Positions 51,232 through 60,717 of a stretch of 64,000 nucleotides of DNA are shown in pieces. A model generated the notes under the pieces. It did no database searches. It was given only the letters and a program-made list of their open reading frames with translations, and was not told the origin of the DNA. Origin of the DNA: Leptospiraceae bacterium (GTDB lineage Bacteria; Spirochaetota; Leptospiria; Leptospirales; Leptonemataceae); contig JAVJNR010000002.1 of assembly GCA_040217195.1 (NCBI GenBank), positions 1 to 64,000 on the forward strand, in the 5' to 3' direction. The position numbers and the translations under genes were made by a program. Every line of letters starts with the position of its first letter. Positions within the stretch are counted from its first letter, which is position 1.

Positions 51232-53400
51232 GTGGCATTCGCTGAAATCCAGAACCAGGCGATGATTCAGGGCCTGATCTATGGCGCCACACTGATACTG
51301 TTTCTCTATAATGTTTTTCTTGCCATCTCTACAAGAGATTCGATCTATCTAAACTACTCTGCACTTTCTATTTCAGTACTGTTCTACCAGCTTTTGCTCT
51401 TTCATGGAACGTCTCTCGGATTTCAGTCCCGGGCATGGCATCAGCTCCTGGTGGTACTGACGATCCTTCTGGCCACCGGTGTCCTGGGTACTCACTTCCT
51501 TCGTCAATTGCTGGCCCTGGATCCAGCGTCCGGTGCCGATCGATTGGCCCGGGCTTCCATGTTGGCCTTTGCCATATTGATGGTATTTGTCTCAATGTTC
51601 CGGCAGACCGTGGGACCTTACGTTTATGCCCTGGGTCTGATTCCAGTAGTACTGTTTGGATATATTTCAGCCGACCGGGCAAGACTGGGTTCAAAAACAG
51701 CTGCAGCAGTATTCCTTGGTCTGCTCATCGCCCTTGTGTCCGGTACCGCGCATCAATGGATTGAATGGCAGGCAATTCGCAACTCTACAACACAGCTGAT
51801 CCTTCCGCTGGGAGCCCTGGGGACCTTGCTGCTTTTTTCCGTTGGCCTTGGACTCAGGATTCGATCCATTCGCCTGGAAGCTCTGACCGGACGCAACCGA
51901 GCCGAATTCTTGAAGAATCTTCTGGAAGCCTCTCCATTTCCGGTGATGGTACTTCGTAAGCCCTTTTCAGAGCCCATCTTCTGGAATCAAGCGGCGCAAA
52001 ATCAGTATGAACTGAACTCTTCCTGGTCACTGGCCAGCCATCTTTCCGCCGATGTAGCAGAACCATTAAACCGGGAAATCGAAGGAGGAGACCTGGATCG
52101 AAGACTGGTTACTGTAAATAATCAGGCCGGACGGACTCTGGAGACAGCTATCTCTGTGCGAAGGATCAAGTTTGAGGGCCAGGCTGCTTTTCTACATTTA
52201 CATGTGGATCGCACCGCCGAACTTCAAACCCGAAGGGGACTGGAACGAGAGCAATTAGCATTGCAGGAAGCGGTGGATGAGCTGCAAAAAACTACACAGC
52301 AAAGGGATGATTTCATAGCGGCCATGAGTCATGAAATTCGCACGCCAATGTCCGGTATACTCTCTGCCGCCGATCTTCTTCAAGAGTCCAACCTGATCGC
52401 GGAAGCTCCTGCAGGTTCTTCTGGAAAAATTTCCGGTCCATCCGTTTTACAGGTACTGCAGCGAAACGCACTGAGACTTTTGCATTTGTTAAATGACATA
52501 CTGGACTTTGCTCGCATTCAGGCCGGCCGAATGGATCCGGATCCCCACAGATTTTCTCTTCATGATTTTGCTCAATCCAGTATCGACAAACTGGAGCCAT
52601 TGTTAAGCCGAGCCAACCTCAAGCTGGAGTACGTTCACTCCGGAAATGGTGATGAAGTTTTGCGGGGCGACGCGGCACGTATGAGACAGATTCTGGAACG
52701 ATTTGCATTTTCCCTGCTCAGCAGTCGCAGGGATGGTACAATCCGCGTAAATAGTTACCTGACCCCGGACAGGCGACTGCACTTTGAAGTCAGCCTGGAT
52801 GGACGGGCCCTGGTGGGAGCGGATCCAAAGCTAATTCAAAGGATAGCAGGCAGCCCCTACGGTTACAGGCCTCGCACCGGTCGTGAACTTAGCCTGGCAG
52901 TGGCCCGCGGTTTGATCAAAACCCTGGGAGGTCATCTGGAGATATCTGAAACCACTGATTCTGCATTGAGCATGTCGGTTTCTTTTCCGGTGGAAATCGA
53001 AGCCCACCAATCCGCCCGTAAAATGGGGGCTGAGCTGCCTCTCAACCTCCTGGTTTTTGAGGACAATGCAGACAATGCAGTATTGATGAAACGAATTCTG
53101 GAAAAGCGAGGTTACAGGGTTCACATTGCCTCATCGGCTGCAGAAGGATTGGAAATTCTCAAAAATGATAGGCCTGACCTGGTTCTTATGGATCTGCATT
53201 TGCCCGACATGGATGGCTTTCAGACCACGCAAGAGATTCAAAAGTCTTTGGGCAAGGAGGCCCCGCCGGTGGCAGCCCTGAGCGCCTCTACTATGGAACG
53301 GGATCGACTAGCCGCTCAGGAAGTGGGCATGGTCGGCTTTTTGACAAAACCCATCCAGAAAGAACAGTTTGAATCCCTGATTCAGGAACTATTCAGCTAA
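51232..53400 (+). CDS. 7TM-DISM hybrid kinase-like protein with intact H-box and receiver but degenerate ATP-binding domain
   Basis: MSHEIRTPM; N/G1/F/G2 boxes eroded; REC ED...LVLMDLHLPDMDG...SA...KP. Confidence 0.9.
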   Translation: MAFAEIQNQAMIQGLIYGATLILFLYNVFLAISTRDSIYLNYSALSISVLFYQLLLFHGTSLGFQSRAWHQLLVVLTILLATGVLGTHFLRQLLALDPASGADRLARASMLAFAILMVFVSMFRQTVGPYVYALGLIPVVLFGYISADRARLGSKTAAAVFLGLLIALVSGTAHQWIEWQAIRNSTTQLILPLGALGTLLLFSVGLGLRIRSIRLEALTGRNRAEFLKNLLEASPFPVMVLRKPFSEPIFWNQAAQNQYELNSSWSLASHLSADVAEPLNREIEGGDLDRRLVTVNNQAGRTLETAISVRRIKFEGQAAFLHLHVDRTAELQTRRGLEREQLALQEAVDELQKTTQQRDDFIAAMSHEIRTPMSGILSAADLLQESNLIAEAPAGSSGKISGPSVLQVLQRNALRLLHLLNDILDFARIQAGRMDPDPHRFSLHDFAQSSIDKLEPLLSRANLKLEYVHSGNGDEVLRGDAARMRQILERFAFSLLSSRRDGTIRVNSYLTPDRRLHFEVSLDGRALVGADPKLIQRIAGSPYGYRPRTGRELSLAVARGLIKTLGGHLEISETTDSALSMSVSFPVEIEAHQSARKMGAELPLNLLVFEDNADNAVLMKRILEKRGYRVHIASSAAEGLEILKNDRPDLVLMDLHLPDMDGFQTTQEIQKSLGKEAPPVAALSASTMERDRLAAQEVGMVGFLTKPIQKEQFESLIQELFS

Positions 53401-53404
53401 AATT

Positions 53405-53592
53405 GAAATGACAGCCCCGTACTTGCTGGGGTCCACACAGAATGCAAGCCTGAAGGACTCGGCCCGACGAGAGCGCCTTACACCGCTAATCGGTGCCCAA
53501 ATAAGCCAGGGTCTGATTCTTGTTAAGGGGCCCGTTTGTGTTCTAAACCCGATTGGACTGTAACAGCTAAAGCCGAAAGTTAGTCTCATTTC
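53405..53592 (-). ncRNA. Candidate rod-shaped structured RNA, 6S RNA-like (strand uncertain)
   Basis: 188 nt bounded by GAAATGA/TCATTTC with nested pairings GCTG/CAGC and GTCCA/TGGAC and further stems; no credible ORF. Confidence 0.4.
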
Positions 53593-53871
53593 TGTGAATT
53601 CATGCGAACCAACCCAACAATACAGCGGCGGCATCAACTCGACCTATTTCCAGTCTTAGATCCTTTTCGCTCATTGGCAATCCGCCACCGGGCTTTTTGA
53701 GTTACTATCCTCTACAGTAGAATTTTTTACATCCATGTATTGGGCATGCGAAAGCTCGGTTTCAGTGTTCCGAATTACCGTTCTAACGCTCATCTTTTCT
53801 GCGTTCCGGACTCTCAGGAAATAATCTGCCCACCGGGTTGACTTTTCCTTCGAAACCTGCCTTTCTAACTT

Positions 53872-54361
53872 ATGTCTTCTATTCGGTCCGCTCCGCCTGG
53901 TATCCTCACTGTCGGTCTCTGTGTTACCCTATTCTTTTCTGGATGAGGACCATTTCCAGGGCGGGTCAAACCTGGATCGATTGTATGTTGAGCCCATGCG
54001 AGATTATATAACCTGGCCTCTGCGTATGCCTTTCGAAAAGCACCTCATTTACCACGGAAAGCAGACTCTCCAGGGTGAGGAATACTTCACATTTTTCCTG
54101 TCTTCCAGTAGTCCGGCCGATCGGAAGGGCGATCAGTATCGCCTGTATCTAAGCACAGATAACCTGAGAATTCGGTTCATCCAGTTTACACTTCGGGAAC
54201 TGGCAGATTCCTATTCCGGCTGGATTCACTATTCCAATTATGTGTCCATCGAGGGCATACGGATTCCCTTTCAGATTTCCATTCAAGACAGCCCTTCTCT
54301 GGATTCAGATGAGTACGTTCATCGAATCGAACTACAAGATGCGGTTTTCTCCCGGGAATGA
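53872..54361 (+). pseudogene. Probable internally deleted lipoprotein gene (C-terminal part DUF6503-like)
   Basis: Signal peptide MSSIR...LFFSG ends in TGA (53944-53946) at the lipobox Cys position; protein-like sequence continues in another frame to 54361. Confidence 0.5.
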
Positions 54362-54452
54362 TTGGGGGAGGTCAGGAACGCCAGATGACTTTGGTCTTCA
54401 CTCTTCCGCCAATCCAACGACACTGGCCGCCATAGCAGGCCAGCGGCAATCC

Positions 54453-54512
54453 GTGCATATACACCCTTTTTGCTTGACGTCAGAAGCCGGATTTTTTTTG
54501 GTGCATATACAC
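54453..54512. promoter_or_regulatory. Two GTGCATATACAC near-palindromes flanking TTGACG, putative MarR operators
   Basis: Exact 12-mers at 54453-54464 and 54501-54512; -35-like TTGACG at 54474; MarR gene lies downstream of the thiolase. Confidence 0.7.
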
Positions 54513-54530
54513 GTATCAAAGGAGCGACTT

Positions 54531-55739
54531 ATGACTGATGTCTATATTTATGATCATGTCCGGACCCCTCGTGGGAAAGGAAAGAAGCGTGGATCGCTGG
54601 CTCATGTGCATCCGCAAAACCTGGCCGGGGCAACTCTGAAAGCCCTGGAAAGCAGAAACAAAATGGATCCTTCTCTGGTGGAGGATGTAATCCTGGGTTG
54701 TGTATCCCAGGTAAATGAACAATCCAGCTGTATTGCCCGTTACTCAGTAATGGCAGCTCAGTGGCCTGACAGTGTTCCAGGATACACAGTAAACCGATTC
54801 TGCGGCTCTGGCCTGCAGGCTATAAATAATGGCGTGGGTGCCATTGCCTCCGGAATGTCTGACCTGATTGTGGCCGGCGGTGTGGAATCCATGAGCGCTG
54901 TTAAAATGGGCGCCGACATGGGCGACCTGGATATGAGCATTGGAAACCCGGTTATTGCAGAGCATTACAATCTAGTGCCTCAGGGAATTTCAGCGGACCT
55001 TATTGCGACTAAAGAAAAGTTCAGCCGAAAGGATGTGGACAATTTCGCAGTAGAATCCCAGCAAAGAGCCGATGCCGCCATCAAAGATGGAAGATTCAAG
55101 AACTCCATCGTTCCTGTAGAAGGAAAAGATGGAACTCCGGTAGAACTGGACGAGCACCCCAGAATTGAAAGCGACTTTGACTTCCTTTCCAATCTTCCGG
55201 CTGTATTCAAGACCATTGGTGAAAAGCAATTCGATCCAATTGCCCTGAAAACTTACAAGGAATTCGATTCCATCAATCACGTGCACACTCTGGGTAACTC
55301 TTCTGGCGTTGTGGACGGAGCTGGAGTTGTAATGCTGGGTAGCGAAAAAGCCAAAGAATTCGGTCTGAAGCCTCGTGCACGAATCGTTTCCATGGCATCT
55401 TACGGATCCGAGCCTACTATTATGCTCACCGGACCCGTCCCTGCAGCCAAAAAAGCTCTGGATAAAGCAGGCCTGAAACCTGAAGACATTGATCTGTGGG
55501 AGATCAACGAAGCCTTCGCAGCCGTAGTTCTGTTCGTAATGAAAGAGCTGAACATTCCCAGAGATAAGGTGAATGTAAACGGTGGAGCTATTGCTCTGGG
55601 GCATCCTCTGGGCGGAACCGGCGCTATTATTCTGGGAACTCTGGTAGATGAACTGGAGCGTCAGGAGAAGAAGTACGGTCTGGCTACTTTATGTATTGGT
55701 GGCGGTATGGGTATCGCTACCGTAATCGAACGAGTTTAA
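54531..55739 (+). CDS. Acetyl-CoA C-acyltransferase (thiolase)
   Basis: VRTP, NRFCGSG, NEAF, GHPLG, CIGGGMG; AAGGAG RBS before the ATG at 54531. Confidence 0.96.
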   Translation: MTDVYIYDHVRTPRGKGKKRGSLAHVHPQNLAGATLKALESRNKMDPSLVEDVILGCVSQVNEQSSCIARYSVMAAQWPDSVPGYTVNRFCGSGLQAINNGVGAIASGMSDLIVAGGVESMSAVKMGADMGDLDMSIGNPVIAEHYNLVPQGISADLIATKEKFSRKDVDNFAVESQQRADAAIKDGRFKNSIVPVEGKDGTPVELDEHPRIESDFDFLSNLPAVFKTIGEKQFDPIALKTYKEFDSINHVHTLGNSSGVVDGAGVVMLGSEKAKEFGLKPRARIVSMASYGSEPTIMLTGPVPAAKKALDKAGLKPEDIDLWEINEAFAAVVLFVMKELNIPRDKVNVNGGAIALGHPLGGTGAIILGTLVDELERQEKKYGLATLCIGGGMGIATVIERV

Positions 55740-55867
55740 TTCCTTAGAGCCGGGCATCTATCGGTTAATCCGAAGGATGTCCGGCCCATACCCTTCATTG
55801 CTGCCGCGCCTCCACATCCGGCATCTTTGTTCAGGGGCGTTCGGCGAAAACCGACGGTGCGAAAATC

Positions 55868-56401
55868 ATGTCCCCTACGGAAAAGAAAACCAGTCGATCC
55901 CGAACCCGGGTTTTACCTCATGCGGAGCTAGAACCCCTAACCTATCGGATAGCGGCAGAATGTCTGTGCCTCAACCTGCGCAAGGCATCCAGGCTAATTA
56001 CTCAGTATTATGATCAAATCCTGGAACCGGCCGGAATACGATGCACCCAGCTTACAATCCTGGCTGCCATTTCCAGAATCGGAAATCGCTCATTAACTGA
56101 CCTGGCCCAATCACTGGCCATGGACCGTACAACGCTTACAAGAAATCTGAAACCACTGGAAAAACATGGCTGGGTACTGCGTGTGGATAGCCCCAATCAC
56201 AGAATGCGCAACTATGCATTATCTGACAGTGGCGAACAGGTGCTTAAAGAAGCGGTCCCTCTCTGGCAGGAAGCCCAGGATTCTATTGTAGGAATACTTG
56301 GAGATAGCCGCAGAAAGAGGTTATTTCAGCATCTATTGCGAGTTACGGCAGCGGGACGGCGAGCCATCAAGAAAGAAGAGGATTCTGAGCAGGACAACTG
56401 A
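55868..56401 (+). CDS. MarR family regulator with CxC motif
   Basis: CLCLNLRKASR and MDRTTLTRNLKPLEKHGWV. Confidence 0.92.
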   Translation: MSPTEKKTSRSRTRVLPHAELEPLTYRIAAECLCLNLRKASRLITQYYDQILEPAGIRCTQLTILAAISRIGNRSLTDLAQSLAMDRTTLTRNLKPLEKHGWVLRVDSPNHRMRNYALSDSGEQVLKEAVPLWQEAQDSIVGILGDSRRKRLFQHLLRVTAAGRRAIKKEEDSEQDN

Positions 56402-56663
56402 TTCGGAGACAGTAAGCAGATCCGGACCTTTTACATCTCAGAAATCTGATCCAGACATTTTCCGGAAAATATCAGATATCCGCACAGTTCAGGAAAAACA
56501 CCGGAAATCCATACTCAATCGCTGTATTCATTTTTCCGGAGCGTAGCCAGCTATAGTGCTCAAATTCCTTGATGAATTGGAAAGGGAAATGCAAAAAGGG
56601 GAACAGAACTGGTTGAATAGACGTCCAACTATTAAAAGAGAAGCTATAGCTCCGGAGAAAACC

Positions 56664-57161
56664 ATGAAAAAGATCAATCTAATACTATCACTGGCAATAT
56701 CTGCCTCACTGCTGCTTACAGGCGCTGTATTCGCAGAAACCCTGTACGTAGTCAGTCCAGCAGCCAAATTGCTGAAAGAGCCCAAAATGAATTCCACAGG
56801 ACCTGCACTGAAACCAGGCACCCAGGTAAACAGTAGCGGCCAACAGGGTATGTTTGTTCAAGTACAGAGCCCGCTTGGTTCTGGATATGTCTCCAAACTG
56901 TTCGTATCCAAGTACGCTCCCACCGGAAAAGTGGACACTACCAAGATTAAACTGAACCAGCAAGTGGCCACCCGGGATAAAGCATCTGCCTACAGTGAAA
57001 CCGCTGCGGCCCGTGGCTTTTCTCAGGGAACCGAAGAAAGATTCGATAATCCAGAAGCCTTCGATTTTTCTGAGGTAGATTGGATCGAGAAACAGAAACC
57101 GAACCAAAAACAAGTGGACATTTTCCTCCGCCAGGGAAAGCTCCATAAGTTTGGATCATGA
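56664..57161 (+). CDS. Exported SH3-like domain protein
   Basis: Signal peptide ending AVFA; YV...AKLLKEP...GYVSK; ETAAARG motif; GGAG RBS. Confidence 0.75.
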   Translation: MKKINLILSLAISASLLLTGAVFAETLYVVSPAAKLLKEPKMNSTGPALKPGTQVNSSGQQGMFVQVQSPLGSGYVSKLFVSKYAPTGKVDTTKIKLNQQVATRDKASAYSETAAARGFSQGTEERFDNPEAFDFSEVDWIEKQKPNQKQVDIFLRQGKLHKFGS

Positions 57162-57901
57162 GGTTTCATAGTAAGTTCTATAATCAACACAAAGCCGTAG
57201 TCCAGAGAGCTACTGCTTCCCTTTTTGCGCTGGGTTTTGTCCTGATGACAGCCCAGTGTACCTCTCTCAGCCCCAAAGAACGCAGCCTCCGAGAGGTTGC
57301 GGTGGGTCGAGCCCTCACAGCCCGCTTTGCCAAAAGCGAAGGCATCGTAAAAAACACAGCTGCAACATCCTACATTTCTCTGGTAGGTCAGGCAGTAGTA
57401 GAAGCATCCGGGCAGGGTGATAAAGACTTTCATTTTGCCATTCTGGATTCAGATAAACCAATTGCTGTAGCTGGCCCTGGTGGCTATGTGCTGATCAGCA
57501 AGGGGTATATAAAGAGTCTCTCCTCTGAGGCGGAACTGGCAGCCGTGCTGGCACGAGAAGTGGCACATATTGCCATGGCCCACCACGATGACTCGGTGCT
57601 CACCGATGGATCGCTAATAGAAACGTCGGAATCTGGCTCAGAAGAGCTGTTCCAGACTATTCAAGACGGCACTCGCCCGGCCGAACAGGTATACGAAGCG
57701 GACGCTGCGGCTGCCTTCTATCTGGCTACCCTGGGATACGATCCTGCAGTTCTGGTCCGTGTAGTGGACCTGGGCACTCCGCAGAAGAATGCTCCGGGCG
57801 CACAGCGTCAGGGAAAAATAAAGACTGTAATTGAACAAAACGGCCTTTCCGGACAGCAGACCAATACGGCCAGATTCCAGGCCAGTACACGGGGTCTGTA
57901 A
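57158..57901 (+). CDS. M48 metallopeptidase-like lipoprotein lacking zinc ligands
   Basis: FHFAILD...PGGYVLISKG, EAELAAVLAREVAH, VYEAD, GYDP. Confidence 0.82.
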   Translation: MRFHSKFYNQHKAVVQRATASLFALGFVLMTAQCTSLSPKERSLREVAVGRALTARFAKSEGIVKNTAATSYISLVGQAVVEASGQGDKDFHFAILDSDKPIAVAGPGGYVLISKGYIKSLSSEAELAAVLAREVAHIAMAHHDDSVLTDGSLIETSESGSEELFQTIQDGTRPAEQVYEADAAAAFYLATLGYDPAVLVRVVDLGTPQKNAPGAQRQGKIKTVIEQNGLSGQQTNTARFQASTRGL

Positions 57902-57902
57902 T

Positions 57903-60101
57903 ATGTTCAAAAACAAGAAGGTCTGGTTTGGACTCCTGACCATCGTTCCAATCGTATTTGTACTGGTGCTCCATGCATTTGGAGCACTGGCCCGTGTTGA
58001 AAACAACATCACCGATTTAAGGTACGTATTCTTCAATCCAGGCCATAAATTCAGCGAAGATATTCTGGTCCTGGAAATTGATGAACAGTCCCTGCAGAAG
58101 CTCGGTCAGGATCCCATCTATGGGCGCTGGCCATGGAAGAGAAATGCCTACGTTCCTCTGCTGGAATTTGTAGCTCAGTTTGGAGCTCAAAAAATCCTAT
58201 TCGACGTTACCTTTTTCGAAGAAAGTCCGGAAGATGAAGCACTGGCCGCTGTAGGCGAAGCCATCCCTGTTATATCTCATGCCCTGAACTTTAGAAATGA
58301 GGACATAGATCAAGAAGCTCGCCCATTACCGGGAATTGTTCAGGCCCAGGCCATCCCCTATGAAGGCCCGGAAACCGTTTCCCAATCTTACAACAAAGTA
58401 ATCTATCCTGCCCGAGAAATCCTGGAAACACTTCCTGGTGCGCACTCAGTAACTTTTCATCCAGATTCAGATGGCGTTGCTCGAAGAGCAAGACACCTGT
58501 TCAAGTACGGCGATCGATACTATCCCTCCCTGTCTCTGGCAGCTGTAGCACCGCTTATTGGTCTGCAGTCCGTATCCATGGAGGGACAGAAGCTAGTTCT
58601 TCAGACGGCTGAAGGGCCCAGAAACATCCCTGTAGAGGATGGAGCGGTAAGATTTCATTATTATCCGGAATCCGAGCTCTACAGCAATATGAAGCGATAC
58701 TCCATCACATCGCTTATCGAAACCAAGATTGCAATCGACAAAGGAGAGTTCACATCGCTGGAGGATCTAAAATTCAATCCTCTAGAGCTTCAGGGCAAGA
58801 CTGTCATTATTGGTGCCACAGCAGCAGCCACCCATGATGTGAAAACCACTCCATATGGAAGCATGCCCGGGGTATTTCTCCATGCTATACTGGCCTCGAA
58901 TATTCTGCAGAACCACTTTCTAACAGTCATGAGTCCCTGGTTTGCTCTGATTGCACTGATTCTTCTAGTGCCCGTTGCGAACTATCTGGTCATCTATACT
59001 CACGGTCTTGCTGGCCGAGTCATTTTTCCAGCTTTGATGCTAATCCTCATCGCTGCCATTTCTATGGTGGCCTTTCAATTCTTTGATACTCTGATTCCGC
59101 TGGCAGGGTTTTTGATTGGATTCCCTTTAGCTTTTGGCGGTTCCGTGGCCTATCTGAGTTTCACAGAAGGACTGGAGAAACGAAAGTTTAAATCAGCCAT
59201 GTCCAAGTATCTATCTCCTGCAGTGCTGGAAGATGTGATGAAGCGCGGCCAATTGCAGGCCGAAATCGGTGAACGAAAGAACATGACTGTGATGTTTACC
59301 GATATTCGTTCCTTCACCACCATGGCTGAAGGTATGGATCCTGCCACAGTTGTGCATATTCTGAATGAATACCTGGACCGAATGGTGCATGTGGTGTTCG
59401 AAGAAGAAGGCACCCTGGATAAGTATATCGGCGATGCAATAATGGCTTTCTGGAATGCTCCCTTGAATCAAACAGACCATGCAACCCGAGCCGTGCGCAC
59501 TGGACTGGGAATGCTTTATGAGCTGCATCTACTTCATGAGCGCTGGAAGCAGGAAGGAGCCCCGCTACTTCGAATGGGCATTGGAATTCATACAGGAGAA
59601 ATGATCGTCGGAAATATCGGATCCAATCAGCGGCTGGACTATACTGTAATCGGGGATAATGTAAATCTGGGTTCACGTCTGGAAGGAATCACTAAAACCT
59701 ATGGAGTGGATATGCTGATCAGCGAAGCCACCCAGAAAGCTATGGTTTCGGAAGAAAGCGATACTCTTCCCTGTCGACTCATTGATCTTGTAGCAGTTAA
59801 AGGTAAATCCATTCCCATTGCAGTCTACGAACCTCTTCCTGCAGAGGGTGGCCAGAGAATGAAATCCGTGAATAACTCAGTCTATGCTGCCAGGTTCAAT
59901 GAAGCTTTTGATCATTACAGAAATCGTCGATGGGACGATGCAATTTCAATGTATGAAAGCTTCCTTTCGGATGCCGCCGAAAACCCTACCCGGCCCGGTC
60001 CCGATCATCCAACCACATTGATGATTGAGCGATGTAAACAGTACAAGGCAAGTCCACCTCCTGAAAACTGGGATGGCTCCTTTGTAATGACTACGAAATA
60101 G
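57903..60101 (+). CDS. CHASE2-domain class III adenylate cyclase
   Basis: IDEQS...GRWPW, DSDG, PGVFLHA (CHASE2); FTDIRSFT, DKYIGDA, DYTVIGDNVNLGSRLE, VKGK. Confidence 0.93.
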   Translation: MFKNKKVWFGLLTIVPIVFVLVLHAFGALARVENNITDLRYVFFNPGHKFSEDILVLEIDEQSLQKLGQDPIYGRWPWKRNAYVPLLEFVAQFGAQKILFDVTFFEESPEDEALAAVGEAIPVISHALNFRNEDIDQEARPLPGIVQAQAIPYEGPETVSQSYNKVIYPAREILETLPGAHSVTFHPDSDGVARRARHLFKYGDRYYPSLSLAAVAPLIGLQSVSMEGQKLVLQTAEGPRNIPVEDGAVRFHYYPESELYSNMKRYSITSLIETKIAIDKGEFTSLEDLKFNPLELQGKTVIIGATAAATHDVKTTPYGSMPGVFLHAILASNILQNHFLTVMSPWFALIALILLVPVANYLVIYTHGLAGRVIFPALMLILIAAISMVAFQFFDTLIPLAGFLIGFPLAFGGSVAYLSFTEGLEKRKFKSAMSKYLSPAVLEDVMKRGQLQAEIGERKNMTVMFTDIRSFTTMAEGMDPATVVHILNEYLDRMVHVVFEEEGTLDKYIGDAIMAFWNAPLNQTDHATRAVRTGLGMLYELHLLHERWKQEGAPLLRMGIGIHTGEMIVGNIGSNQRLDYTVIGDNVNLGSRLEGITKTYGVDMLISEATQKAMVSEESDTLPCRLIDLVAVKGKSIPIAVYEPLPAEGGQRMKSVNNSVYAARFNEAFDHYRNRRWDDAISMYESFLSDAAENPTRPGPDHPTTLMIERCKQYKASPPPENWDGSFVMTTK

Positions 60102-60110
60102 AGGGTGCCA

Positions 60111-60158
60111 GCGCTCGTTTCCCCCCTGACTCGTTTTCACCAGGGGGGAAGGGAGCGC
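60111..60158. terminator. Stem-loop between convergent genes
   Basis: TTCCCCCCTG...CAGGGGGGAA, extended by GCGCTC/GAGCGC. Confidence 0.6.
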
Positions 60159-60184
60159 ATTGGGCGATGCTATGGCAATGCTAT

Positions 60185-60649
60185 CTATCGCCCTCTCACA
60201 GGTTCAGGAAGTTCAAGCTGCGCATATTTCTGAATTTCTTTTTCGCGAAACCAACCTCGATTGGTTTCAATCGCATAGATGGCCGGTTCAGGCGAAGTGT
60301 AGATCTCTTTTCCGTCGTCCGGATGCATACTGAAGTACTCGATCAAGAAACCCTGCTCATCAAAAAAGGCAACATCCAGCGGAAGTGGAGTGTCTTTCAT
60401 ATAGAAGCCTACTTTCTGAGGCGCCGGAAAGGCAAAGAGCATTCCATGATCTGCAGCCATGCTCTCTCGTCCTTTTAAGCCAGCTGTTCTGCTGTCCGGA
60501 TCATCCGCCACTTCCACAGTAAGAGGCTGATTCCCGATGCGAATCTCCATTGTAGGCAAAGTACCCGGTAGATTTCGATCGCATTGTGCAAAAAGACCGC
60601 TTAAGAATAGAATTAAGAAAGTGATTTGGAGTTTATTTGTATCAGGCAT
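60185..60649 (-). CDS. DUF192 family protein
   Basis: VEVAD...GL...GMLF...FYMKDTPLPLDVAF...AIETNRGWF. Confidence 0.92.
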   Translation of the reverse strand: MPDTNKLQITFLILFLSGLFAQCDRNLPGTLPTMEIRIGNQPLTVEVADDPDSRTAGLKGRESMAADHGMLFAFPAPQKVGFYMKDTPLPLDVAFFDEQGFLIEYFSMHPDDGKEIYTSPEPAIYAIETNRGWFREKEIQKYAQLELPEPVRGR

Positions 60650-60717
60650 CGTCAGAGAATACTGGCAATCAGGCCGGCTAGGAGGCCGACCTTTTACCCT
60701 GGAAGGTTTAATCTAAA

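Noticed and set aside
53445..53505. SAM-I or c-di-AMP riboswitch resemblance (gaaggactcggcccgacga...ggtgcc)
   Set aside because: The conserved core elements are incomplete and no fitting downstream gene is present; a long rod fold explains the region better.
53944..53946. TGA read as selenocysteine or read-through
   Set aside because: The same frame hits another stop about 15 codons later; the protein-like sequence continues in a different frame.
54240..54530. 97-aa N-terminal extension of the thiolase
   Set aside because: It overlaps the upstream ORF and the operator/promoter; the RBS and family start are at 54531.
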